Source: an uncultured Spirochaetota bacterium
GTDB taxonomy: Bacteria > Spirochaetota > Spirochaetia > SZUA-6 > Fen-1364
Assembly (NCBI GenBank): GCA_963734545.1
Contig: CAVTHO010000010.1
Span: forward strand, 153,060 to 217,059
Direction: 5' to 3'
DNA: 64,000 bases
Shown: positions 1 through 10,471 of the stretch, piece by piece
Layout of the letters: every line of letters begins with the position of its first letter
Position numbering within the stretch: the stretch's first letter is position 1
Made by a program: the position numbers and the translations under genes
The notes under the pieces: generated by a model
Told to the model about the DNA's origin: nothing
Databases searched by the model: none
The model's input: the letters and a program-made list of their open reading frames with translations, nothing else

Positions 1-218
1 AGGCTGTACTTTTCGGTCTCGGGGTCCTGGCGGACGAAGCCCAGCTCCTTCAGCGACGTGAGGAAGCGGTAGACGGTGCTCTTGTTCATGCGGAGGCTGT
101 TCGCCGTGGCCGAAACCCGGTGGGCGAGCTCCGTGATGCCGAAGCTCGGCTCGTGGGAAAGGCATTCGAGAATCTTCATGGTCTTGACGACTGCCTTGGC
201 AGGGGCGGCTTCGCTCAC
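1..218 (-). CDS. IclR-family transcriptional regulator, KdgR-like (N-terminal part; runs off the window start)
   Basis: Not in the ORF track. Manual translation from GTG at 218: MSEAAPAKAVVKTMKILECLSHEPSFGITELAHRVSATANSLRMNKSTVYRFLTSLKELGFVRQDPETEKYSL, an IclR HTH resembling KdgR (GITEL...KSTVYRFL...EKYSL). Confidence 0.9.
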   Translation of the reverse strand, partial: MSEAAPAKAVVKTMKILECLSHEPSFGITELAHRVSATANSLRMNKSTVYRFLTSLKELGFVRQDPETEKYS

Positions 219-224
219 ACGAGG

Positions 225-253
225 ATACTACACAACAACGGCGCCGGTGTCCA
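225..253 (-). promoter_or_regulatory. sigma70-like promoter of the IclR gene
   Basis: TGGACA(253-248)-17 nt-TAGTAT(230-225), 6 nt before the GTG. Confidence 0.6.
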
Positions 254-260
254 GCATATT

Positions 261-279
261 TATAAAACGACGTTTTAAT
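261..279. promoter_or_regulatory. KdgR-type operator 1
   Basis: Palindrome TAAAACGACGTTTTA between the divergent -35 boxes. Confidence 0.75.
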
Positions 280-280
280 A

Positions 281-309
281 TTGACAGCCCCGGGAGCTGG
301 CGCTATCGT
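281..309 (+). promoter_or_regulatory. sigma70-like promoter of the lactonase gene
   Basis: TTGACA(281-286)-17 nt-TATCGT(304-309). Confidence 0.7.
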
Positions 310-357
310 GGCCCGGGGCGCGGAGGGGCGAGCCCGCAACGCCCGGGGGAGGTGACC

Positions 358-1227
358 ATGGACAGGGTGGAAGTGGCTCTGGAAGCCGGGTGCATCCACG
401 CGGAAGGGCCGGTCTGGGACGACCGGGCAGGGCGCCTGTACTGGACGGACATCGAGTCCCGCACGCTGTGGAGGCTCGATCCCGTGTCGGGACGGCCGGA
501 GACCTGGGCGATGCCGGAGAAGGTCTGCTCCATCGCCTTCCGCCGGACCGCCGGCCTGCTCATTGCCTTCGAGACGGGGATCTCCTTCTATGACCTCGAT
601 TCCCGCACCGAGAAGCGGATCGTGGACGTGGAGCCCGACATTCCGGTCACGAGGCTGAACGACGGCAGGTGCGACCGGCAGGGGCGCTTCATTGTGGGAG
701 GCTTCGACCCGAGCGAAAAAGGCCTCTCGGGGGCCTACCGGCTGGACGCGGACCTCAGCATTCACCGCCTGTTCGGGGGACTGAGCAGCGCCAACAGCAC
801 CTGCTTCAGCCTGGACGGGAAGACGATGTACTACGCGGACTCGCCCCAGGCGGCGATCTGGGCGTTCGACTACGACATCGACGCGGGGGTACCCTCCCAC
901 CGGCGGGTTTTTTGCGATTTCAAGGACCAGCCGGGGATTCCGGATGGCTCGGCCATCGACGCGGAGGGGTGCCTGTGGAACGCGCAGTGGAACGGTGCCC
1001 GCGTGGTGCGCTACCGCCCGGACGGCTCGGTGGAGCGCGTCATCGAGGTGCCCTGCAGGAATCCGACCTGCGTGGCCTTCGGCGGCCGGGACCTCGACAC
1101 GCTGTACATCACCACTTCCCGTCTCACCCTCAGCCCGGAGGAAGTACGGAAACAGCCCCTTGCCGGGGCCCTCCTGGCGGTCCGCCCGGGAGTGACGGGT
1201 CTGCCGGAGGACAGGTTCATAAAATAA
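358..1227 (+). CDS. SMP-30/gluconolactonase family sugar lactonase
   Basis: EGPVWD, RLNDGRCDRQGRF, PDGSAIDAEGCLW and PTCVAFGG motifs; GGAGG RBS before ATG 358. Confidence 0.92.
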   Translation: MDRVEVALEAGCIHAEGPVWDDRAGRLYWTDIESRTLWRLDPVSGRPETWAMPEKVCSIAFRRTAGLLIAFETGISFYDLDSRTEKRIVDVEPDIPVTRLNDGRCDRQGRFIVGGFDPSEKGLSGAYRLDADLSIHRLFGGLSSANSTCFSLDGKTMYYADSPQAAIWAFDYDIDAGVPSHRRVFCDFKDQPGIPDGSAIDAEGCLWNAQWNGARVVRYRPDGSVERVIEVPCRNPTCVAFGGRDLDTLYITTSRLTLSPEEVRKQPLAGALLAVRPGVTGLPEDRFIK

Positions 1228-1273
1228 AACAACGTTCTAATCTATTGACAGCGGGCCGCTCCGGCTCTATACT
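1224..1273 (+). promoter_or_regulatory. KdgR-type operator 2 plus sigma70 promoter
   Basis: TAAAACAACGTTCTAA followed by TTGACA(1245-1250)-17 nt-TATACT(1268-1273). Confidence 0.75.
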
Positions 1274-1282
1274 CGTTCGGGA

Positions 1283-2089
1283 ATGAAACAGTATTTCAGT
1301 AATTCCGCTCCGGGCTCACCCGCCTCCCTGGCGGACATGGTAGCCGCCTTTCGCGAATCCCTGGGCAGACGCGTGGTCCTGGGTCCCTTCTCGAAGTCCA
1401 GCGACCCTGCCTTTGTCGAGGTCATGGGCTACGCCGGATTCGACTTTGTCGTGCTCGATCTCGAGCATGGCCCCAACAACGTGCTCTCCCTCCAGAACCT
1501 GATCCGCGCCGCCCAGGTGTCGGGCCTGCTGCCGATCGTGCGAGTCAAGGACGACGTTCCCTCCCTCATCGGCGAAGTGCTGGACGTGGGGGCGGGCGGG
1601 ATCCAGGTGCCCAAGATCAGCTCTGCGAAGGACGTGGAGGAGATCCTGCGGCTGGGCCGCTTCTCCCCGCAGGGCATGCGGGGGGTATGCCGTTTCGTGC
1701 GCGCGGCACGCTACTCGGCAACGGAGCGCCACCAGTACTTCGCCCAGTCGAACGACACGATACTCGTCCTCCAACTGGAAGGCACGGAGGCCATCGAGAA
1801 CCTGGACGAGATCCTCGCCGTGCGCGGCGTGGATGTCATTTTCGTCGGTCCGTACGACCTCTCGCAGTCCCTGGGGACGCCCGGGGACGTGGACAACCCC
1901 CGGGTGGTGGAGGCGATGCGCGGAATCGTCGAGCGCTGCCTGAAGCGCAGCGTCACGGTCGGCACGTTCGTGGACACCCTGGAGAACGCCAGGAAGTGGC
2001 GGGACGCCGGGGTCCGCTACCTGTGCTACTCGGTGGACGTGGGGCTGTTCCTGGACAAGTGCACCGAGGTTGTCAGGAGTCTGTTGTGA
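1283..2089 (+). CDS. HpcH/HpaI (GarL-like) class II pyruvate aldolase
   Basis: GFDFVVLDLEHG, LDVGAGGIQVP, QLE and IFVGPYDLSQSLG motifs. Confidence 0.92.
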   Translation: MKQYFSNSAPGSPASLADMVAAFRESLGRRVVLGPFSKSSDPAFVEVMGYAGFDFVVLDLEHGPNNVLSLQNLIRAAQVSGLLPIVRVKDDVPSLIGEVLDVGAGGIQVPKISSAKDVEEILRLGRFSPQGMRGVCRFVRAARYSATERHQYFAQSNDTILVLQLEGTEAIENLDEILAVRGVDVIFVGPYDLSQSLGTPGDVDNPRVVEAMRGIVERCLKRSVTVGTFVDTLENARKWRDAGVRYLCYSVDVGLFLDKCTEVVRSLL

Positions 2090-2138
2090 GAAGAAGCCAG
2101 GTTCTGGCAGAAGAAGAGATCTTCACAGGAGGTAGTCT

Positions 2139-3221
2139 ATGAAGAGAACGACACAGGTCCTTGCGGTCTTGATTCTCCTTGGCGCAGTGGCGGCGGGCGC
2201 GTTCGCCAGCGGAGGGGGGGAAGCCGCGCAGAAGGGCCAGTTCGCGTACAAGCAGGCCATCAGCTACGCCGCACCCGTCGCCATCAAGGCGCAGTCCAAT
2301 TTCAGCACGCTGAAGTACGTGAAGGGAAAGGCGCCGGTCATCGCCTACATGCCCCCGGCCACCGAGTTCAACTACTATATCGCCATCGGAGAGGGGATCA
2401 AGGCCATCGCCAAGGACATGGGAGCCTCGACATTCATGCTGGCGCCGCAGAGCGGTGCGGACATCAACGGCCAGATGGGGATGCTCCAGGACGTCATGAC
2501 GAGGGGAGTCGATGCGATCATCCTCTCCACCCATGACGAGCACGCGGCCGCGCCGCTCGTGAAGCAGGCGGTCGAAAAGGGCATCGAGATCGTCATCGTC
2601 AACTCGGACATCCTCGACTTCCCCACTCCGGTGCACGGCGTGGTGGGATACAGCCAGCGGCACGGCACCCAGAAGGAAGGCGAGTACGCGAAGACGCTTA
2701 TGGGGAGCAAGCAGGTGATCGTCGGCATCATCGAGGGCCAGCCGGGATACCACTCCACGGAGCGCTGCGGCGGCTTCATCGACGTCATCTCCAAGCTCGC
2801 GAACTTCAAGATCGTGGCGAGCCTCCCCGGGGACTGGAACGTCGAAGGAGGCAACCGGGCCGGCATGGACATGCTGCAGGCGCATCCCGACATCCAGCTC
2901 ATCTTCGCCGCCAACGACTACGAGATCATGGGGGTGCAGAAAGCGGCGAGCGCACTGGGACGGAACGACCTGGTTCTCCTCGGCAACGACGGCGACACGG
3001 CATGCCTGGAGGAGATCAACGTGGGCAATGTCACGGCCACGGTGAACACGACTCCCTTCGTGATGGGGCAGATCGCCCTGCAGGTGGCGCTGGACGGGCT
3101 GCACGGCAACTTCAAGGGCGGGTTCGTGGAGACGCCGACCGTCATCACGGACAAGGCCAACGTCCTGGGCTTCCTCCAGAAGCCCGAGAACCTCTTCCCG
3201 AAGCCGTCGAAGCCGTACTAG
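2139..3221 (+). CDS. Sugar ABC transporter substrate-binding protein (RbsB-like)
   Basis: Signal peptide, GVDAIIL and IFAANDYE motifs; upstream of ATPase and permease. Confidence 0.9.
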   Translation: MKRTTQVLAVLILLGAVAAGAFASGGGEAAQKGQFAYKQAISYAAPVAIKAQSNFSTLKYVKGKAPVIAYMPPATEFNYYIAIGEGIKAIAKDMGASTFMLAPQSGADINGQMGMLQDVMTRGVDAIILSTHDEHAAAPLVKQAVEKGIEIVIVNSDILDFPTPVHGVVGYSQRHGTQKEGEYAKTLMGSKQVIVGIIEGQPGYHSTERCGGFIDVISKLANFKIVASLPGDWNVEGGNRAGMDMLQAHPDIQLIFAANDYEIMGVQKAASALGRNDLVLLGNDGDTACLEEINVGNVTATVNTTPFVMGQIALQVALDGLHGNFKGGFVETPTVITDKANVLGFLQKPENLFPKPSKPY

Positions 3222-3422
3222 GTCCTGCGGGTAATGGCTCAACTGGAGCAAGCGGCTTTCGGATGTTGCTGCCGCGCCTCGCGCGGTGCGGACGAGAGAT
3301 GAATGGGCGCGGCGCGCGCGTGGGTCCCCCGGGACTCATGCGCCGCCGGGCCGGCTGAACAGCCGATTCTCTTGAGAAAAGAACCGAAATGCATATAGCA
3401 AACTCGGCGGCAGGGGCATACT

Positions 3423-4952
3423 ATGGCAGGTGAGATGCAGCCCCTCTGGGAGCTGGAGTCGATCCACAAGTACTTCCCCGGCGTGAAGGCGCTTGACGGC
3501 GTCGATATCAGGATATTTCCCGGGGAGGTGCACGGTCTGCTCGGGGAGAACGGCAGCGGCAAATCGACTCTCGTGAAGTGCCTCTCCGGCGTGCACCAGC
3601 CCACCGCGGGACGCATCCTTCTGAGGGGCGCACCCACCGTCATCCACGACCCGTTCGTCGCCCGGTCCCTCGGAATCGCCACGATCTACCAGGAACTCTC
3701 GCTCGTTCCCAACCTCACGGTCGCCGAGAACATCTTTCTCGGACGGCTGCCTCGGCGGCGCGGCTTCGCCGTCGTCGTGGACTGGCCCCGTGTGTGGGAC
3801 CGCAGCGCAGCCCTGCTCGAACGCCTGGGGATACGGCTCGACCCCGGAGCCGTGGTCTCCGAGCTGTCCGTCTCGGAACAGCAGACCGTGGAGATCGCGA
3901 AGGCGCTGTCCCAGGACGCGAGCCTGCTCATCATGGACGAGCCGACAGCCTCCCTGGGAATGGACGAGGTGGCGCGCCTGCACGAAATCGTCCGCAACCT
4001 CGCGCGGCAGGGCTGCGCCGTGATCTACATTTCCCACCGGCTGGACGAGGTGACCGGGCTCGTGGACTCGGTCACCGTCATGAAGGACGGCAAGGTCGTT
4101 GCCGGCGAGCGCATCGGGAACATCGACATGACCCGGATCGTCAGCCTCATGATCGGCGGAGACTTCCGCTCGCACTACCCGAAGGAGCGAAACCAGACCG
4201 ACCAGGCGCTCCTGGAGGTGGAGGACATCCGCACGGCGCACGGCGTGCGCGGAGCGAGCTTCACTGTCCACCGCGGCGAGGTTGTCGGGCTCGCCGGGCT
4301 CATCGGGACGGGACGGACGTCCATCGCCCACGCGCTGTTCGGCATCGAGCGCCTCACCGGCGGGCGTGTCACGCACTACGGCGGGGCCGGCGCGGGGCGC
4401 GACTCCCGCTTCCCGTCCCCCGGCCGCGCAATCGCGGACGGCGTGGCGCTTCTCACCGAGGACCGCAAGTCGACGGGCCTGTTCATGAACTTCACCGGCG
4501 TGCACAACATCTCCATTGCGCGGCTCTCGCAGATCTCCCGGCGCGGCATCCTGGACCTCGGCAGGGAGCAGAGCCTCGTGCAGGGACACTTCGAGAAGCT
4601 GCGCATCAGCCCCTCGGCGCGCGACCGCTCGGTCCAGTATCTCTCCGGCGGCAACCAGCAGAAGGTCATCATCGCCCGATGGATCTTCTCGGAAGCGGAC
4701 GTGTTCATCCTGGACGAGCCCACGCAGGGGATCGACGTCGGGGCCAAGGTGGAGGTCTACAACCTCGTCAACCGCCTCACGCGGGAGGGCAAGGGCGTCA
4801 TTCTCATCAGCTCGGACCTGGAGGAGCTTCTCGCCATCAGCGACACGATCTGCGTCGTGGCCGACGGCCGCATCGTGGAATCGCGCCGGGCGGAGGAGAT
4901 AGACCGGAAGTACCTGATGGAGAAAGTGTTCACGCGCCAAAAAGACAGTTAG
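3423..4952 (+). CDS. Sugar ABC transporter ATP-binding protein (two NBDs)
   Basis: GENGSGKST, MDEPT, LSGGNQQK, LDEPTQGIDVGAK. Confidence 0.95.
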   Translation: MAGEMQPLWELESIHKYFPGVKALDGVDIRIFPGEVHGLLGENGSGKSTLVKCLSGVHQPTAGRILLRGAPTVIHDPFVARSLGIATIYQELSLVPNLTVAENIFLGRLPRRRGFAVVVDWPRVWDRSAALLERLGIRLDPGAVVSELSVSEQQTVEIAKALSQDASLLIMDEPTASLGMDEVARLHEIVRNLARQGCAVIYISHRLDEVTGLVDSVTVMKDGKVVAGERIGNIDMTRIVSLMIGGDFRSHYPKERNQTDQALLEVEDIRTAHGVRGASFTVHRGEVVGLAGLIGTGRTSIAHALFGIERLTGGRVTHYGGAGAGRDSRFPSPGRAIADGVALLTEDRKSTGLFMNFTGVHNISIARLSQISRRGILDLGREQSLVQGHFEKLRISPSARDRSVQYLSGGNQQKVIIARWIFSEADVFILDEPTQGIDVGAKVEVYNLVNRLTREGKGVILISSDLEELLAISDTICVVADGRIVESRRAEEIDRKYLMEKVFTRQKDS

Positions 4953-4981
4953 GCCGGGCAGGCAGGAGAGAAAGGAATTCC

Positions 4982-5992
4982 ATGGCAAGAAGGGTGACCA
5001 GTTCGTCGATCGTCGGCCCCGTCATCGCGACGGCGGTCGTCACGCTGTTCGTGGGCCTGACGACCGACCGGTTCTTCATGGTGGAGAACCTGCGCAATCT
5101 CGCGCTCCAGGTGAGCATCGTGTCCCTCCTGGGGATCGGCTCGACGCTCGTGATCATCACCGGAGGCATCGATCTGTCTCCCGGGTCCTCGGTCGCCCTG
5201 CTGACGATGATGCTGGCGTCCATGCTCAAGTTCATGGGCGCGCCTCTCGTCGTCGCCATGGGCATGACGGTGGTGATCGGCGCCGGCCTCGGGCTCTGGA
5301 ATGGCGTTCTCACCGCGTACCTGCGGATCCCGGCGTTCATCACGACGTTGGCCTCCCTGAGCATCTTCCGGGGCTTCGCTTTCATGTTCAACATGGGATC
5401 GCCGATCTTCTCGATCTCCAACTCCCTCACGAAGGTCTTCTACAACACGATCCTGGGAATCCCGTACGTGTTCATCTACGTGGTCATCTTCTTCGCGCTC
5501 GCCGCGTTTGTCATGAGCTACACGGAGATGGGCCGCCGCATGTACGCCGTGGGCGGCAACGCCAACGCCGCCCGGTTTTCCGGCCTGAACACGAAGGGCG
5601 TCGTGATGCTGAGCTTCGTCGTGGCCGGCGTCATGGCCGGATTCGGCTCGATCCTCATGGCAGGGCGCCTCAACTCCGGGTCGCCGAACTACGGGGTGGG
5701 CATGGAGCTGTCCGCGATCGCCGCCGCGGTCATTGGCGGGGCGAGCCTGCAGGGGGGCAAGGGCAACGTCATCTCGACGCTTTTCGGCGCGCTCACGATC
5801 GTCATCGTTCAGAACGGCCTCAACCTGCACGCCGTGGAAACATCCGTGCAGGGGGTCGTCATCGGTCTCATCATCATGCTGGCGGTTTTCATCGACATGT
5901 GGCGCGTGGAGATGTGGTCCGCCCTCTCGCGCCTGGCGCGCCTCGTGGTGAGGCGGGGGGCCGCGGAGGAAGACCACCGGAGGGGCGCGTGA
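4982..5992 (+). CDS. Sugar ABC transporter permease (RbsC-like)
   Basis: GGIDLS, YAVGGN, ELSAIAAAVIGGASL; start moved to ATG 4982 after an RBS. Confidence 0.93.
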   Translation: MARRVTSSSIVGPVIATAVVTLFVGLTTDRFFMVENLRNLALQVSIVSLLGIGSTLVIITGGIDLSPGSSVALLTMMLASMLKFMGAPLVVAMGMTVVIGAGLGLWNGVLTAYLRIPAFITTLASLSIFRGFAFMFNMGSPIFSISNSLTKVFYNTILGIPYVFIYVVIFFALAAFVMSYTEMGRRMYAVGGNANAARFSGLNTKGVVMLSFVVAGVMAGFGSILMAGRLNSGSPNYGVGMELSAIAAAVIGGASLQGGKGNVISTLFGALTIVIVQNGLNLHAVETSVQGVVIGLIIMLAVFIDMWRVEMWSALSRLARLVVRRGAAEEDHRRGA

Positions 5993-6981
5993 CGAAAGCG
6001 AAGTTCAAGGTCTACATCAGTGACTACGACTACCCGGACAACGAGATCGAGAAGTCGATCCTCGAGCCCATCGGAGCCGAGGTGATCGGGCTGCAGTGCA
6101 GGACGGGTGAAGGGCTTGCCGATCTGGCGGCCGACGCGAACGCCATCCTCCAGCAGTACGCCAGGATCCCGCGCTCCACCATCGAGAAGCTGAAAGTCTG
6201 CAAGGCCATCTGCCGCTATGGAACGGGAGTGGACATCGTCGACGTGGAGGCGGCCTACGAGCACGGCATGGTCGTGACCAACGTGCCGGATTACGCCATC
6301 GACGAGGTTGCCGACCACTCGATCACCCTCGCTCTGATGCTGATCCGCCGGATCCCCTGGTATGCGGAGGCCACGCGCGCCGGCCGCTGGCACTGGAGCG
6401 AGTCGCGGGGGCCGATCCAGAGGCTGCGTGACTCCACCTGGGGCCTCATCGGGTTCGGCCGCATCGCGCAGAACATCGCCCGCAAGGTGCGGGCGTTCAA
6501 CTTCTCCCTCATCGCCTCTGATCCCTACGTGTCGGCAGGATTCATGGCCACATACGGCGTGGAGAAGGTGGACTTCGAGACCCTCCTCGCCCGTTCCGAG
6601 GTCGTGGACGTCATGTGCCCGTACACCCCGGAAACGGAGCACCTGATCAACGAGCAGGCCCTGAGGAAGATGAAGAAATCAGCAGTCCTGATCGACTGCT
6701 CCCGGGGGAAGATCGTGGACGATCGGGCGCTGTATCGCGCCCTGTCGGAGGGGTGGATCGCGTCAGCGGGCCTGGACGATACCGAAGAGGAGCCCGCGAA
6801 GCTGGATCATTGGGACCCGGCGGACAATCCCCTGTTTTCCCTGCAGAACTGCATCATCACTCCGCATGTCGCCTACGTGTCGGAGGGATCGCTCCACGAA
6901 TGCCGTCACGTCGCGGCGGAGAACGCGAAAGCTGTGCTGCTGGGAAAGACGCCGCCGGACCTTGTGCGGCCCCGGCGATAG
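5989..6981 (+). CDS. D-isomer-specific 2-hydroxyacid dehydrogenase (CtBP-like)
   Basis: RYGTGVDIVD, NVPDY, GLIGFGRIA, SRG and ITPHVAY motifs; GTG start overlaps the permease stop. Confidence 0.92.
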   Translation: MTKAKFKVYISDYDYPDNEIEKSILEPIGAEVIGLQCRTGEGLADLAADANAILQQYARIPRSTIEKLKVCKAICRYGTGVDIVDVEAAYEHGMVVTNVPDYAIDEVADHSITLALMLIRRIPWYAEATRAGRWHWSESRGPIQRLRDSTWGLIGFGRIAQNIARKVRAFNFSLIASDPYVSAGFMATYGVEKVDFETLLARSEVVDVMCPYTPETEHLINEQALRKMKKSAVLIDCSRGKIVDDRALYRALSEGWIASAGLDDTEEEPAKLDHWDPADNPLFSLQNCIITPHVAYVSEGSLHECRHVAAENAKAVLLGKTPPDLVRPRR

Positions 6982-7048
6982 ATCCGAAGCCCCGGCACGG
7001 GACTCCGTGCGAGGGCGAGCAGCAGCAACAAAAAAGGAGAAGCGGGAC

Positions 7049-7726
7049 ATGCGGAAGATCATCGGCGAGCACGCGGTCGTGGATGCCCAGATGCTGAAGA
7101 AGTACGCGGCGCTCAAGGACGTCATGAGCGTCTCCTGCGTCGTGAGCGACGCCCAGGAGCGGGCCAACGTGATGAGAAGCTCCATGAAGATGCGCAGCAT
7201 CGCGCAGACATTCATCGGGCCGGCACTCACGGTCAAGCTCACCGCGGGGGATATCGTGGACTGCCTCCCAATCTTCGACGTCGCGAGGCCCGGTGACGTG
7301 GTCGTCATCGACGCGTTCGGGGAAAGTGAAACCTCGATCTGGGGCGGCCTCATGTCCGGCCTTGCGCGGGCCGCCGGTCTCGTCGGCGTGGTCATCGATG
7401 GCTCCGCCCGGGACACGGATGAAGCGCGCATGCTCGGGTTTCCCATCGTTTCGGCGTCCGTATCGCCGCGGGCATCCCACAGCGCCTATTCGGGACGTTT
7501 CGAGCCCATCGAGATCAACACGCCGGTGGTCTGTGGAGGCGTGCGCGTGAACCCCGGCGACATGATCGTGGCGGACGAGATCGGCGTGACCGTTGTGCCC
7601 TCCGCGGATCTCGCTGACGTCTACGAGAAGGCTGTTGCCCAGGCGGAGAAGGAGGCCAAGACGCGAGCGGACATCCTGAAGGGACTCAGCGTGAAGGAGC
7701 TCCTGGCGAAGTACGGGCGGCTCTGA
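7049..7726 (+). CDS. RraA family / HMG-CHA aldolase-like protein
   Basis: VSDA, GPALTV, GDVVVID, WGGLM, DGSARD, PGDMIVADEIGV. Confidence 0.88.
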   Translation: MRKIIGEHAVVDAQMLKKYAALKDVMSVSCVVSDAQERANVMRSSMKMRSIAQTFIGPALTVKLTAGDIVDCLPIFDVARPGDVVVIDAFGESETSIWGGLMSGLARAAGLVGVVIDGSARDTDEARMLGFPIVSASVSPRASHSAYSGRFEPIEINTPVVCGGVRVNPGDMIVADEIGVTVVPSADLADVYEKAVAQAEKEAKTRADILKGLSVKELLAKYGRL

Positions 7727-7770
7727 GGGACCGGGGGCGGCCGGTGTGCACGCGAGAGGAGCGTTTTTGG

Positions 7771-7821
7771 TTGACGGGGCGGGCCGGTCGTGGTATAACG
7801 TTTTTGGAACAGTGTTCTAAT
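7771..7821 (+). promoter_or_regulatory. sigma70 promoter plus KdgR-type operator 3
   Basis: TTGACG(7771-7776)-17 nt-TATAAC(7794-7799) with an extended TG; TGGAACAGTGTTCTAA covers the predicted start site. Confidence 0.72.
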
Positions 7822-7847
7822 TACAGAGGATCGGGAGCAAGGAGGGT

Positions 7848-8861
7848 ATGACCATGAAGCGTTTTCTTGTCCTGTGTTTCGCCGTTGCCGCGATGCTGGG
7901 GTTCCTTCTCGCGTTCGGCGGGGTGGAAAAGGCGTACGCCCAGGGCCTGAAAGGGTCGGCGAACGAGGAGTACATCGCCGTCGCGTGCATGGGCAATCTG
8001 GAGTACTTCAGCGCGCACAAGTACGCCTGGAAGTGGATGGGGGACAAGCTTGGCGTGAAGACGAGCTACATCGGGCCCGCGGAATACGACGTGCCGGGCC
8101 AGATCGCGGCCTTCGACCAGGCTATCGCGCGCAAACCCGCCGGCATCATCACCTTCGGCGTCGAGGCCAGCCTCAAGCCGTCCATCGACAAGGCGGTGGC
8201 AGCGGGCATTCCCGGTGGTCACGTTCAGCGGGGACGTCCCGGATTCCAAGCGCCTGACGTTTGTAGGGACCAACCAGCACGACCTGGGGTACTTCGGCGG
8301 GATCAGGCTGGGTGAGATGCTGGGCGGCAAGGGGGATGTGGCCATCCTCAGCATCCCGGGCGTCAGCATGTTCGACGTCCGCGAGCAGGGATTCAAGGAC
8401 GCGTTTGCCAAGTACCCCGGGCATCAGGGTGGTGCAGACCGGCGACACCAAGGCGGACACTGTCACGGCCATCAACGCCGCCAAGGCCATCATGCAGCGG
8501 TTCCCCAATCTCACCGCGTTCGCCTGCACGGACTCGACGGGCGGCATCGCTGCGGCCACGGCGGTGAGGGAGGCCGGGAAGTCCGGCAAGATCAAGGTCG
8601 TCTCGATGGACCGCAACTCGGACGTCCTGCAGAAGATAGTTTCGGGTGTCGTGACGGCCACCGTGGCGCAGGACGACGTGCGGGGAGATGGTCTGGGGCC
8701 TCCTGGTCCTGTTCAGCAGGCACCACTTCGATGCGGCGCTCTCCTCGGACAACCGCAAGGCCAACGTCCAGGCGGAGCCGTTCAACATCTACACCTCGGT
8801 GAGCTGGATCGACAAGTCCAACGTCCAGTACTTCCTGGAAGCGAACAAGCTGTACAAGTAG
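7848..8861 (+). CDS. Second sugar ABC substrate-binding protein, with ~3 frameshifts (probably consensus errors)
   Basis: Continuous RbsB-like protein recovered by switching frame near 8210, 8420 and 8685; ends ANKLYK* at 8861. Confidence 0.8.
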
Positions 8862-8872
8862 GCCGAGGCCGC

Positions 8873-8902
8873 GCAGGGGAGGGCTTCCCAGCCCTCCCCT
8901 GC
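8873..8902 (+). terminator. Stem-loop 3' of the SBP gene (mRNA stabiliser or partial terminator)
   Basis: GCAGGGGAGGGC-TTCCCA-GCCCTCCCCTGC perfect 12-bp stem, no U-tract. Confidence 0.6.
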
Positions 8903-8944
8903 CGTCATAGAATCTCATGACAAAGAGATCTCAAGGAGAGGCTC

Positions 8945-10470
8945 ATGGAAGAGCTTTTGATCGTCGAAAAACTGCGAAAGAGCTTTCCCGGAGTCCTCGC
9001 CGTTGCAGACGTGAGCTTCTCTCTGGGCCGTGGGGAGATCCTGGCCCTGATCGGGGAGAACGGGGCGGGCAAGAGCACGCTGAGCCAGATCCTCGGCGGC
9101 GCGCTCCGTCCCGACAGCGGCAGAATCATCCTCGAAGGGAAGGAGGTCTTCTTCGCGTCGCCCCTGGAGGCCATCCACGGCGGGATCAGGATGATGTTCC
9201 AGGAGCTTTCCCTGGTGGGAAGCCTCTCCATCGCGGAGAACATCTTCGCCAACCGGCAGCCCGTCGGCGCCCTGGACGGCATCCGCTGGAAGCAGCTTTA
9301 CCGTGAGACCGCGGAGTTCCTCGAGCGTTTCCACGTTTCCCTTGACCCGCGCTCGCTCGTCAAGACGGCTGGTCAAGGGCGAGCAGCAGATCCTGGAGTT
9401 TCTCAAGGCCATTTCCACGTCGCCCGAAGGTCCTGATTCTCGACGAGCCGACCTCGTCCCTCACCGAGACGGAGTCCGCCTACCTGATGGACAACATCCG
9501 GACGCTGCGCGCGGAAGGAATGTCGTTCATCTACATCACCCACAAGCTTTCCGAGGTGTTTCAAGATCAGCGACCGCGTCATCGTGATGCGGGACGGCAG
9601 GCTATGTCGGCTCGCGGGAAACGTCCCAGTGCACGGAGCGGGACCTCGTCGCCATGATGGTGGGCCGCGACATCGCGGACAACTCCACGCGCCGCGCGCT
9701 CCCAGCGAACGGCGAGTGTCTCAGGATCGAGGACTTCTCGCGCCGAGGAGCATTCTCCGGAATCAATTTCAAGGTTGCCAAGGGGGAGATCCTCGGGCTT
9801 TCCGGGCTCGTGGGCTCGGGGCGGACGGAGCTGGCCCGCGCTGTATTCGGCAGTGGACCCCCGTGACAGCGGAAAGGTGTTCCTGGAGGGCAGGCAGATG
9901 CATGTGCGCAATCCCCACTGAGGCCATCCGGGCCGGCATCGCTTACCTCACCGAGGACCGCAAGGAGCTCGGACTCTACCTGAACATGCCCATCCGCGAC
10001 AACCTGATAGCGCCTACGCTCCGCCGTTTCACCGGCGCGCTTCGGCTTCATGCAGAACAAGCCGATCAACGCATTCGCCGCCGCGGAAGATCCGCGACTT
10101 CTCCATCGTGGCCCCGTCCGCGTTCAAGAAAGTCGGGAAGCTGTCCGGCGGAAACCAGCAGAAGTGCCTCGTGGCCACGTGGGTGGGGACGGAGCCCAAG
10201 GCCATCTTCCTGGACGAGCCGACCCGGGGCGTGGATGTCGCTGCCCGCGCGGACATCTACGCCAAGATCGAGGAGCTGGCCGGCGGAGGAATCGGCGTCG
10301 TTCTGATCTCCTCCGATCTGCCGGAGCTGATCGGGCTGTGCGACCGGATCCTGGTCATGCACCACGGAAGGATGGTCGGGGAGGTCGCGAGCGCAGGATT
10401 TCTCGGAGGAGCTGATTCTGTCGTATGCCACCGGACTGCAGTCGGGCCGATCGGGAGGAACGCGGAGCAC
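8945..10470 (+). CDS. Second sugar ABC ATP-binding protein, multiply frameshifted (3' end approximate)
   Basis: GENGAGKST, LDEPTS, GLVGSGRTEL, LSGGNQQK and LDEPTRGVDV spread across several frames. Confidence 0.82.
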
Positions 10471-10471
10471 C

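Noticed and set aside
3578-4981. N-terminal extension making an 804-aa permease (likewise the 580-aa Gfo and 691-aa ankyrin ORFs)
   Set aside because: The extensions overlap neighbouring real genes; RBS or promoter positions support the shorter starts
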